Assembly: GCA_013239625.1 (NCBI GenBank)
Contig: MU057344.1
Coordinates: 870,276-934,275, forward strand
Direction of reading: 5' to 3'
DNA length: 64,000 bases
Origin: Lama guanicoe
Taxonomy: Eukaryota
Under the pieces are notes generated by a model. It saw nothing but the letters and a program-made list of their open reading frames with translations. It was not told the DNA's origin and made no database searches. Shown in pieces: positions 1 through 12,783 of the stretch; the stretch's first letter is position 1, and each line of letters opens with the position of its first letter. The position numbers and the translations under genes were made by a program.

Positions 1-1388
1 GAGAAGGCGTTTCTGGGTCCTGCTGGTTTCTGCTCCAAACTCTGTGGAAGCTGAGTTGGCGTGAGGCTTCTGTAGGCTTCGCCCTCTTGCAAATCTGGGG
101 GCTTTGGGGGCATCAGACCAGCTTTGCTGTTCTCATTGGCTGGTGTCAGATGAAGTACACCCCATGCAACTGAAGCCAAGCGCTGTGATTCTGCTCACAA
201 AGTGTTCAGCAGCGGCATCCCCGCTGCTGCAGGCGTGGGGCCGGGGCTGGATGTCCCTGTGCGCGGGGTGGGGGGGTGTCTGTGCTTGGGGACAATACTG
301 ATTAGTGGAATAAATTAATAAATACTAATAGCTTCACTCAAGCTTGAATGCACCAGAATTCTGTTTTAAAAGGTTTGAGGGCTACTGGTCTAGGATATTC
401 AGTGTATACGTGGTTTGGATTTTTTGGGGCGGGGGGGACCAGATGACTTGAACTCACTCGGTTGGTTTACTTGAAAAATTATTGACTCTGTGCTGGGTCA
501 GGGCCCTCGAGGCCCACCTCCGGGCTCAGTGACTCTCTCAGAGGGCTCCCAGGACTCTGCACGTTGCACTCAAGGCTGAGATAGTTGCTGTGAAAGAACG
601 TGAAGTAGAATTTAGAATTTGGCAAAGGGACACGGTGCACGTGGCAAAATCGGGAGGAAACCAGCCGAGCTGTCCGCGCCCCTCCCTGTGGAGTCCCGCG
701 GGACACCTGGAACCCCTCCAGAAGTGGTTGGGAGTCGCAGGGGTTTTATCGGGGTGGGTCCCGTAGGCACCCTGCCTAACATGAGTCGGCGTTCCAGACT
801 CCCAGCGCGCAGCAGGTGCTCGGTGCCAACCACGTTGTTCATGCACGAGCAGTGAGCACGCGAGCCTCGCTCCTCCCTCAGGGACGGTTCCCATCTGCAG
901 GGAGCCGCTTCCCCGCGAGGTCCGGCTCCAGCCAGCCTTGCAGGAGGCCTTTCTGCGCAGCAGTCGGGGCTCTGCAGTGTTGGCTCATCTGCTTGGTGCT
1001 TCGCTGTAAATCAGGGCAGCAGCTCCCCCCACATCCCCCTCACCTCTCTCCTCATCTTCAGTCCCCTGTTCCCACCCACACTGGCCTTTCCCCCAAACCT
1101 GTGCTTGTCCCCTCCCTGGATCTCCCTGCCTCTGCCTCCTAAATGGGTCTCGGATTCCTCCCATTTTCTCCCTGCAAACGCAGCCACAGCCTCCTGGGGG
1201 TCCCCAGGCCATCAGGTCCCGGACGTTGGAACTAAACCGGATTTGGGAAGCACAGATCTGAAGTGTCCGCCTCCTGCCTCAGAGCCCCCTGGCTACTTGC
1301 CCACTTGCTCCGAGGCCTGTGGACAAGGCCCTGCAACCAGGCTCCAGCCCGGGTCCCTCTATCTGTCTTTGCCGGGTGGCCCAGCGGG

Positions 1389-1418
1389 CCCTGCCCTGCC
1401 CTGCCCTGCCCTGCCCTG
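1389..1418. repeat. (CCCTG)n microsatellite
   Basis: About six direct pentamer copies. Confidence 0.85.
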
Positions 1419-4400
1419 TCCAGAGCCCACTGGGAGGGCCCGGCAGTCAGAGGGGCCCCAAGCTGTGCCCAGTGCACTTCCCATGCCTCCCTTTGGCACC
1501 GAGCCGTCTCTTGGAATCATGGAACAGGCCCAGGGGAGGGTATCCCCAACCCTACCCGTTCCAGACGGATTCCAAGACAGGTTTGCTTTGTCTGGGGGCT
1601 GACGTTTGTAGGAGCTGGTTGGGCGTGAGTGTGCTGGGGTGAGGTGTGTCAAACGCACTTCCTCCTCCGCTTTCTCACTTACTCTCCGGAAACCTCCTCC
1701 GGTCACGTTTCCCAGGTGCGTTAAGTCAGGTCTTGAAAAGAAAGCATCCGGTAGGCGTGTGCGCGCGACCCCTGCGCCGCAGCCACGGCTGTACCGGCTT
1801 CGCAGACTGCCGCTTAGGCGGCTTGTTTACCACCTTCGACGGCCGCAGTTGGGAGGCCTCCCAGGAGGAACTCGTGTCTGCGTCTGGTTTCTCTGCCTCT
1901 TCCTTTCACAGAATCTGTCAGTGACCTCTAGGAGCACCCGAAGCTTGGTTGGTCAGGACAGGGTGTCTCCCCAGACTGTTTTTCTGTGCTGCTCCGACCC
2001 CGGTGTGTACATACCTGTCTCCCCGCTGGCTGAGAGCTCCCTGGGACGGGGCCGCGCGGGGCCTTTCTGCGCCCCAGGTGTGCGGTTGGTGCCTGGAACC
2101 TCGTCGGCAGTCACGTTCAGATAATTTCTTTAAGGTGCAGTCGCATCCTTGGTACAAATATAAAGGGAGCAGGTGTCAGAGTTTATGTGACTTGCTAGTT
2201 AACGAGGGACTGGTAAGAGGTCAGGGCCGGCTCAGAGGAGAGCTCAAAACCCCGCACACGCTTGGGCGGTCGGGCCGCGGCGACGGGCTGACAGATGGTG
2301 CAGAGCTGCTGGGGGGTCGGGAGGGGTGGGTGTCTGGGGACGGTGTCGTGTGCGTGTCACTCACTGAGTTGGAAAGTGGCTCGGAGACGGCCGAGGACCC
2401 CAGAAGCAGGTGCCCTGGAAGGGTGGGAGCCGGCAGAGCCCGGTGCCCCGGAGAGGCTGGTCCTGGTCTCGGTCTTTCCAATGCCTGTCAGTGTCTCCTG
2501 CCGGTGGTACAGGCAGAGCCTCGCAGCCAGCAGCTGGGGTCCGAATTCCAGTCCCTCCCGTTGTGACCCACACGACCTCCCTGTGCCCATCTCTGGTCTG
2601 GGGCAGGGGGAGCAGGGGTGCCGCCTCCTGGGCTCCCGGCGGGGATGATTCAGTTAAGATGTGAGGGTTTACAGCCAGGAAGGCCCAGCCCTGGGGATCT
2701 GTTCGTAACAGGAGCTGTGGCCACGAGGGCCTTTCTCCTTGCTGGTACCGGGTCTCTGGACCAGCGGACCAGCACCTGGCGTCCGGGCCCTGGGGTCAGC
2801 ACTGCCCCCCGAGGCCCTCTCTGCCGTCACTAGTGTTCACCGTGCAGAACCAGAGTCGGGAAATCAGGGAGGCAGCGGCACATGCCAGGTGGAACGTCAG
2901 GGCAGCGGCAGGGGACTCGGGGCTCAGATGATGACCCCCGGGGGCGGTGCACGGCCGCCTGCCTCGCTCACTCCGGGGCTGGGAAACCTGCCAGCGGCCG
3001 CCCCTCTCCCTCTAGGCTCCTCCCTGAGCATGCGGCCCCGAGGGCCGGCTGTGGGGCCATAGGAGCTCACTGGGTCCTTGAGGCGCCAGCAGACATGGGG
3101 GCACCCATGAAACTCTAGGCCGTGCCTGCGGGCAGCGGCCGCCAAAAACCTGGGGAATAAAACGCAGCTTCTCAGAAGGTTGGCTGCTCGAAGGGGGTCT
3201 CTGAGCCAGAAGAAAATAAGCATCTCTCTTCTTCTCCCCACATCCAGTGGTGCCCATCCAGGTTGGCGTGCTCCCTGCGCACTGTGTGGACGGTCACTTG
3301 TATCGCTGCGCGCACACAGTGGGCGACAGCACCACACGTGCGCGGTGGGCGCTACCATAAAACAAACACCCATGTCGTGGACAAGCCACGCTTCACATCT
3401 GCACAGCCCACCCATCCTTTCCAAACAGGAGCCACAGTCAACTGCAAAGCCACCAGAACGGGAAACTGTTCCCATTTAAGCTGTTGCAGGAGGGAAGAGA
3501 CTGTGGCTGAACCTTTCTCCCCACCCCCCCCAACATGAAAGTGTCCTCTGGGGACCTGTCCTGACCGCAGCACCTCTCAGATCACAGGGGTACAAACTGC
3601 CCTTAAAATACCTACAGTTAACACGCTGTTCCAAAGTGAAACCGTTCTCAGAGTCTCGTTTTGCGTTCCTCCGCGCACGTGGACGTGGTCTTCCCTGTGC
3701 CTCGTTTGTTTGGTTTATGGTGGAGCTTCCTGGGCTGTGTGCCACTTAGATGCTTAAGTAAATTCTTCTGGGTTCTCCAGGGCTTCTAGATACTCACTGC
3801 CACTCTCGCTGAGTGTGTCAGTCGCTATAAGTTGCACCTGAAGACTTGTCTGCAGCTCCAGGAGACCTCAGCCTGGGCTGGGAGTGAGCCGAAAGTGGGA
3901 GCGAGGTCGGCCGGGGAGGGCAGAGCCGCAGCCCAGGAACCTCCCAGAGGGACGGGCGCGGGGACATGTCCCTGGGGCGGGGGGCTTGGGGAAGGAGGAG
4001 AAAGGGTTTGAAGAAGGGAGGGCGTCCGAGGCTCTCCATGCCATTGAGGCTCCAGGGAACCCAGGCTACCGCAGATTCCCTGCGAGGCCATGTCTCCCAG
4101 GGGCATCAGGCCTCAGAGCAGAGGTGAGGACACTGTGTCGCCGATGCCAGGCAGTGTGGATGGACTGACCAAAGCAGGGAGCTCCCTGGGCGGAAGGGGA
4201 GGTCTGGACGTGGAGAACCGCGTGCTGAGGTCGGCAGGGGATCATGTGTCCAGCGGGTAGTCGTGGACGTGGGGGCCAGGGAGCAGGAGCCAGGGAGAGC
4301 TCAGGCCACGTGCAGGTGGTGAGGGGCAGCTTGGGGGAGCAGAGCCGGGGCCCAGCTCTGACGCTGCACAGACTGCTCGCTGAGGGATCAGGGAGACAGG

Positions 4401-7400
4401 CTCGGGGCCCTGGTGATAGAGGGGGTGCTACCTGGACACACGTGGTGCGAGGACACACCCAGAGGGCCGTGTGACCTGGTGGGAACTGTCCGCGACCTTG
4501 AGACGGCAGGTGCCCCCTCATTTGGGAGCGTGAGTCACAGCACTTCCGTGAGACAGTGACTTCGTTCCTGTCATAACTCAGACCCAGAATAGGAAGAGCC
4601 ACAGTGGGTGATGCAGCGGGTGACACAGTGGGCGGGCGCGGGCAGAGTCATGGCAGCCCTGCTCTCCTGCCCACGCCGCACCTGCGGCAGGGAAGTGGCC
4701 AGAATGCAGCCCCGACCCCTGGGCTCCGGAGCGGGCGGCTCAGGCTAGCCCACCCACAAGTGGGGGAAAGGCCCGTGCGCTCAAAGCAGTCGAGACTCAC
4801 CCGGAGCACCCAGGGGGCTCCAGGGGGTTGGTGTGTTTTTAAGGTCTTGTGGGTGGACCGCGCTGTCCAGAGACGCTGTGGGCAGACGTTGGTAGCTCGT
4901 CCCAAAGCCCTGGACCACGAAGACCCTCGGGACGTGGCCTCTGTCCGCCCAGCCAGGTGCTGCATCCTCCTGCCGCTGTGACCGCACATGGCCCTTCACG
5001 AGGGCCAGTCCTTGTTCCTTCTAAATCTGGAGAGACCTGGCCGCTTCTGGACCAGGGCAGGTGGGGTGGGGCGTGTTCTTGCTGCGTGTGCACAGGTGGG
5101 GCCATGCTCTGTGCAGCCAGTGTCCCTCGGCTGTCCCGTGAGGACCTGGAGGCCCCACACTCCTGCTGCCTGCCCCGATGCCGCGCCCCATCCGGCTGCC
5201 GCCCCCCAGGACAGGGTCTCTCTTGGGCCGGCTGTGGGGGCTCCTGTTGTCGAAGTAACTGTCAGGACCAGGCCTGAAGTTGTGCTCTTGCCAACCATTA
5301 CATGACATCAGAAACCACATGAAAGGACGGCTTCTTTTAAAAGATTTGACGCAGTTTTAAAATGCAGGGAGGCGGGAGGAGCTGAGCTGGGTGCACACCC
5401 AGCCTCCGATGGGGGCACACTCTGCTGCTTGATTTCCTTTTCGCGCTTTTCTTCTCCGTGTGGACCTTAGGCTCGACCTGTCCAGCTCCAGAAGGGAAAG
5501 GAGCTGCATTTTGGTTGGGATTTGTTAAGTTTACGAATCACCTGAGGAAAACAGACGTCCTGACACTGCAGGCGCTTCCTCCTCAGGCACGTGGTTACCC
5601 GTCTCTCCTGCTCCTTCAGATTTTAAAGTTTCCTTCGTGCTGATTTTTCACTTTCTCGCTTAACTTCTGTCCTGCGTGTTTCTCTCTTCTGTTTCTACGT
5701 GAGGGAGGGTCTTTCCTTCTGTGGCAGCAGCGTGGTGCCCGTTGCCTCACGAACTCTTCCTCCAGTCACTTTCAGGGGGTTTTCTTGGGTTTCTGGATGA
5801 GCAGTGACACTGTCGCCCCCCCAGCCGATGCCTGCGTTCATTTCTTTCTCTAATGACCTCGCCAGGACCTGCGGCGTTTGGGGGCTGGGGGTTGTGGGCA
5901 CACCTGTGCCCTTCCCGACCCCGAGGGAGTGCCTCTGGTGTCCGCGCTGTGAGTGCAGCGCCTGCTGCCGCGGGCCGCCCTGGTGTCGGGGAAGCCGAAC
6001 CCAACCACGCTAGCGTTCCAAACTGTCGGCTCGCACCTCGAGGGGCCGGGGGTGTCAGGGGCGGGAGGGAACAGCGGGGAGCCAGGGGGGAGGCGGGCTG
6101 TGGCCATGCCACCCGGGAGCTGGCGTGCCAGGACACGGGGGCCCGAGATGGAGGAGCTCAGCCCTGGGCCTCTGGGTGTTTGGTCACAGCAGCCAGGTCG
6201 TCTGAGTCACACAAAGCAACGTGCTCAGAGTCAGTCAGCACCTGATGGCCCTGCTGGGGTTTTGCTCAGAAGAATGGTTGACGGTAGTACTAACGCTGAT
6301 CTGTAGAACGGAAGAAAAAAAGCCCTTAGATACACAGGACTTTCTGCTTTAAAAAGAAAAGACGTCCTGCCCTGTTCTTGAAGCTCAAACGTGGTGCACA
6401 TTAAATGAGTTCCCCGGTCAGAGACTTACCGAGACCTAGGAGCCCGGGAGCCCGTGCGGACCAGCCGAGGGTCCCCGTGTCGCCTCACAGAGATGCGGCT
6501 CTTAAAATCCCCTTGACGGGCTGTCCCCTGAGCACAAAGGCACTACTGTTGCGTCTGCTTTTCTAGGCTCTTAAATGCCCCCTTGAGGCTTTTCTGCCCC
6601 CAGGACGCTGTGTCGGTGTTGTCCCCCAGCATCAGTGTCTCTCCTTTCTCTGGAGTGATGTTCCTTTCTGTCCCTGCGTGGGCGGCCACCACCCCTTTCT
6701 GGGTGAACATCTCGGGCAGATGCCTGAAGGGAGTGTGGTTCCTGGTAATTGTGGACAATATCATCCCGGGCTTTGGAGTCACAGAGTTTTGAATAAATGC
6801 TTTTTTTTTCACTGTGAGGTCTGAGGCCTCTTCACAGGGGTTGAGGACCTTCATAGCACTTCCTCCAGGATGGCTGCCGGGATTGAACGTGCGCACGTGT
6901 CAGAATGTGCCTGGCAGTCAGTGTCCAGCTGTCGTTGGTCCTCACTGTTTGCACCAGGCCTGTGAAGTTCCATCTCTCACCTCTGCTGTTGCGTGAAGGC
7001 AGCTGCAGGCACGACGTATGAGAGTAAACTCACTCACAGAGAGGCGGGCCCATGGAAGGGTTGGCTCCTGCAGCCTCTCCAAGCAGAGGGGCCGCCCTCC
7101 TCAGCCGAGCTGGGTTCCTCCAGGCCAGGAGTCTCTGGCTGTCCCCCAGCGCTCAGGCTTCTGTCTCCATCTCTGCTGTTCACATGTTTAGGAGCTTGTT
7201 TCTGGTCTAAATGCACAGTGGGACTTGGGAGTGGTTTGCAGCTTGTTCACCTGCTCTGTATAAAGGGGGCCTCTGCCCTCCGTCCGGGGTGTCACCGATG
7301 GCTCTCCACGCAGACGGCCTGGCACCCGGAGGGGCTGGAGGGGCCAGGGAGCCTACAGGGTGCCCCCACCACCTCCCTCCCAGCCTGGGGCACCATGGAG

Positions 7401-8354
7401 CTGACGATGCCCCAGAGGAGCTGTTGACCTAAAATCCACAAACTGCCCTCAGCAGGGTATTTCTGGAAAGTTGTGTGTGAATTTAATTTTGAAAACGAAG
7501 CCTTATTAAATGGGAGAAGGAGCTTATCAGGAAATTAACCACGTGGTGAACTGTTTGGAGACCTGAAGGGCCCTGTGTGCGTCCAGGAGATGTCAGCGAC
7601 CCCACGCCAGCCCCACCCTGACCCCTGCTGCCCCTCCGGCCTCCTCCAGGAGGGGTGCCTGGCATCGCAGACCTCCTGTGGCTGGTCAGTGCTCCTGACC
7701 TGCCCTGTCCTCCCTGCTCGGGAAGGGTTCCAGCCACCAGGTCCCACCTGGGGTCCCACCCACTCCTTTCTTCTCCTGGACGCCCGGCCGCCCCACCTGT
7801 GTTCTCACCTGGGCACTGCCTCCCCTCCCTGGGGTCCACACAGACAGCGGCCAGAGTGGTCATCCGACTGCCAGACGTTGTCATCCCCCTCACCTGGCTC
7901 GTGGGCCTGCCCTTCCGGCTTCTGACGACCGGTCCCCGAGCCTCCAGGTGGTCTCGCAGCCCCCACCCCCACCACCATTCAGGCCTCTGCTCCCTAGGGA
8001 GCTTCTGCAGCCCCCTGGCCACACAGCGCCCTCCCCACCCCCACGGGGCCTCCAGCCACTAGCTCTGCCTTATTTGTACCTTTTTTTACCCAAAGGTAGG
8101 CCTTGCACCATTGGGAGAGCAAATTACTGTGCTGGATGAAATGAACGCCCAAGTGAAAGTTTCTCTTCTGAATTTGACCCTGTCGGGGTCAGAGCTAAGC
8201 CATACCCTCCGACCTCGGGGCAGGGTGGGCGGCCTTGGGTCCCTGCCTTTCTGGCCTCTGGGAGGAGTGACCGCCCGCGAGAGAGGACAGGCCCATGGTT
8301 CTCCCTGGAGTGGCCACGTGCGATCCCCGCCCCCTCGGCCCTCTCTGCCACCAG

Positions 8355-8441
8355 GTTGTTTCTGGTCATCGAGTACGTGAACGGGGGCGACCTCATGTTC
8401 CACATGCAGAGGCAGAGGAAGCTTCCGGAGGAGCACGCCAG
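8355..8441 (+). CDS. PRKCZ: PRKCZ coding exon (human exon 11), kinase hinge region [29 protein letters not shown]
   Basis: ccag| acceptor at 8353-8354 and |gtgcgt donor at 8442; 87 nt; translation matches PKC-zeta; phase compatible with the next exon. Upstream exons lie outside the window. Confidence 0.97.
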
Positions 8442-9004
8442 GTGCGTGGGGGCGGGCCTTCCCTGGGCCCCAGCGGTGAGTCGGAAGGGAGATGGGTCTG
8501 GGGAGGTGGCTGGGGGTGGGGAGCGGCGCGGCCGTCTCCTGCCAGGTGACCCGCCAGAGCCCGGAAGGTCTCGGACCCCCTCGAGAGAGACGGGGGTGTG
8601 CGTGCAGGAAGGCGCTGTCCCGCGTTGGCTTTTTCCCTGTTTCCGAAATGGGGAGAAGTTCCGACTATAAACTGACGTGCGTGGACATAGGGGGCTGTCC
8701 TGCCGCGCCCCGCCCCGCCCCGCCCCGCCGGGACACTCAGCCAGGGTTTGCTTGGTCGCGGGAGGATGAGGACCACCGTTTGAGCTCTCAGGAAGCTGAC
8801 CCGTCCTCACCCCTCCTCAGCCTCGGGCCTCGTAGGCGTTCACTTCCACTCCATGGCTCGCTCTTTCCTGTTTTCCATACTTTTCTCTTTTCCTCATTTC
8901 CTCACTCGAAGATACTTCCATGCAGTGTTGTGAGTCACCAGAGATCTTTCCAGGGGGAAAGGCTGGTAATAAATCAAGAGTAGCCCCCACACACTCATGC
9001 TCTC

Positions 9005-10501
<1,497 letters not shown>

Positions 10502-10989
10502 TGACCAAGTGACACTAAAACACACACCCTTACTCCATTCCCAGCCCCATGTCACCATCTGGCCTCAGTCCCCATCTGTTGTCCTGTGTGTCCACCTCAG
10601 TGTCCCCCGGGGAGGTCACTGGACAGGATCCTTCTCATCACAGAGCCCTAGGGGCTTGGGAAGGAGAGGACGAAGCAAAGACAGAACCCAGGGTCGGTGC
10701 CCGGTGGCTGTGGGAGGAGCCAGGCGGTGACTGTCCACAGAGGTGGGTCAGCCAGCACCACCTGCAGCCCCGCCGACCCTGGAGCACGTCTGCCCTTCTT
10801 TCTCCAGGAGGGAAATGAGAGTGAGATTAGAACGTGCGTGTATGCACGTGTGCGCGCACACGTATGCACGTGTGCACACCCCACGCAGTTTTGGGTTCTC
10901 TTGTTTTCAGTTGATGCGTGTCACAAATATGCCATCAGATATTTCCAGACATTTTCTTTGCCATTATCCCCGTGGACCAGAGCAGAGTC

Positions 10990-11112
10990 TAGAACCTGCC
11001 GGGGCGGGGTCCCATGTGTGATGAAGGAGGACAGGGCCGGGCACTCTTGGTAGAACCTGCCGGGGCAGGGGTCCCGTGTGTGATGGAGGAGGACAGGGCC
11101 GGGCACTCTTGG
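10990..11112. repeat. Two-copy tandem duplication (61/62 bp) in PRKCZ intron 13
   Basis: tagaacctgccggggc...gggcactcttgg at 10990-11050 and 11051-11112; 2 substitutions + 1 indel. Confidence 0.92.
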
Positions 11113-11357
11113 GGCAGCTGGTCTACCCGGGGGCTCTGCCGTGACACAGCCCGGCTGCTAGCTAAGAGACAGGCGTCCTCAGGACAGTAGACACGGCGGG
11201 GCCAGGCTGCCTGGGGGACACCCACCCTCAGCTCTGGTCCAAGAAACGGAAACCGTGGCTCCTGCCGCCCGGTGACCGGCAGGACAACAGGAGACGCCCA
11301 TCCTGCGGCCGCTGCACATGGCCCGCGCCCAGCGTGACGGCCTGCGCTCCCCTCCAG

Positions 11358-11477
11358 GGTTCAGTGTGGACTGGTGGGCCCTGGGTGTCCTGATGTTCGA
11401 GATGATGGCCGGCCGCTCCCCCTTCGACATCATCACCGACAACCCCGACATGAACACCGAGGACTACCTTTTCCAAG
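11358..11477 (+). CDS. PRKCZ: PRKCZ coding exon 14: [40 protein letters not shown]
   Basis: tccag| acceptor, AAG|gtgcgt donor, 120 nt; DWWALG kinase subdomain IX. Confidence 0.98.
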
Positions 11478-12185
11478 GTGCGTGGGCCGCTCAGGGCTGC
11501 CGCCCTTGGTCTGTGTGTCCAGTTCTTCCCGCGCCCTGTGGGTTCTCCCCCTGCAGAGAAGCAGGAGAAAGCGCCCCCAGGCTGGTCCCCGCGGCTACCA
11601 CAGACTGGCGGGGGCTGCCTGTTCTCATGACCGGGTTGTGGGGGTGGAAACAATATGGGGCGGGGGCACTGCTTTTTCACACGAGCAGGAGAGAGAATCC
11701 GTCCTGATGTAGCCCAGCTCCCTGCCGACCCGCACCGGGTGTGCACCCCAGAGTCCTGGGCAGGGGGCTGTGCTTAGCCAGGGCACCGCCTCCTTCCAGC
11801 CACCATTGCGGCTTCTTGCCATCTAGGCCCCTGAGCCAGAATTGACCACCCTGGGAGACTGAGCCCCAGAACCCCAGCTGTCCCCACAGTGCCTCTGGTG
11901 CCCACGGACACAGGGGTGCAGGGCGAGCAGAGCCTCTCTTGGTTCAAACGTGAGCATGGGCACATGTGACCGTGTGCATGGGGGCCCTCTGAGGGCTGCA
12001 GACCCTGCGGGGTGAAGGAAGGGGGCTTCAGGGCACCAGGAATGCTTAACCCTCCTGCCTGGTGGGGGATTCCAAGAGCCCTGCAGGTGGCCAGCCCCTT
12101 GGCTGCTGGGCAGAGGGACCAGTGGGGAGGGGGCGGGGCACACAGAGGAGAAACGGGCTCCCACCGCCGCCTGCAATCATTGCAG

Positions 12186-12265
12186 TCATCCTGGAGAAGC
12201 CCATCCGGATTCCCCGCTTCCTCTCGGTCAAGGCATCCCACGTCTTGAAAGGATTTCTAAACAAG
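12186..12265 (+). CDS. PRKCZ: PRKCZ coding exon 15: VILEKPIRIPRFLSVKASHVLKGFLNK
   Basis: tgcag| acceptor, AAG|gtacgt donor, 80 nt, frame continuous. Confidence 0.97.
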
Positions 12266-12480
12266 GTACGTTCTCAGCCACCATGGCAGCCGTGCCGTCC
12301 GGGGCTGCCGGCCTGGAGCCCTTTCTCACAGTGCATCGGGCCCAGGCTCCACCCCCTGGTCATCTCCGGTATCAGCTCCTGGACATCTTGGGGGTGGGTT
12401 TGAATGTTTACTCACCCCAGACAAAACATGATGACGAGAAATTACTCCAGAGAGGAATTTAGCAAAGCAGCTCAGCATCT

Positions 12481-12561
12481 GTCCAGGTCCCTTGTCGGGC
12501 TCTCTCCGCTCAGGATGGGTGCCACCCTCTCCCCAGGTTCTGCGCTGCGGAGATCTGCATT
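12481..12561 (+). repeat. Dispersed direct duplicate of the PRKCZ intron11/exon12 junction (9874-9954)
   Basis: 81 nt, ungapped, 73/81 identical by manual alignment. Confidence 0.95.
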
Positions 12562-12693
12562 TCTATGATGAGTGATGGTTTAAGGCCTTTAAGTGACTGG
12601 GAGGGCAGGCCAGTTCCCTGTCCGGCACCAGCTGTGAAGCGGGGGCTGCTTTGCTCTGTGCTGACTTGTCATTGTTTGAACTCTGACCCCCAG

Positions 12694-12783
12694 GACCCGA
12701 AGGAGAGGCTCGGCTGCCGGCCACAGACTGGATTTTCTGACATCAAGTCTCACGCCTTCTTCCGCAGCATAGACTGGGACCTG
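12694..12783 (+). CDS. PRKCZ: PRKCZ coding exon 16: DPKERLGCRPQTGFSDIKSHAFFRSIDWDL
   Basis: cccag| acceptor, CTG|gtaaag donor, 90 nt. Confidence 0.97.
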
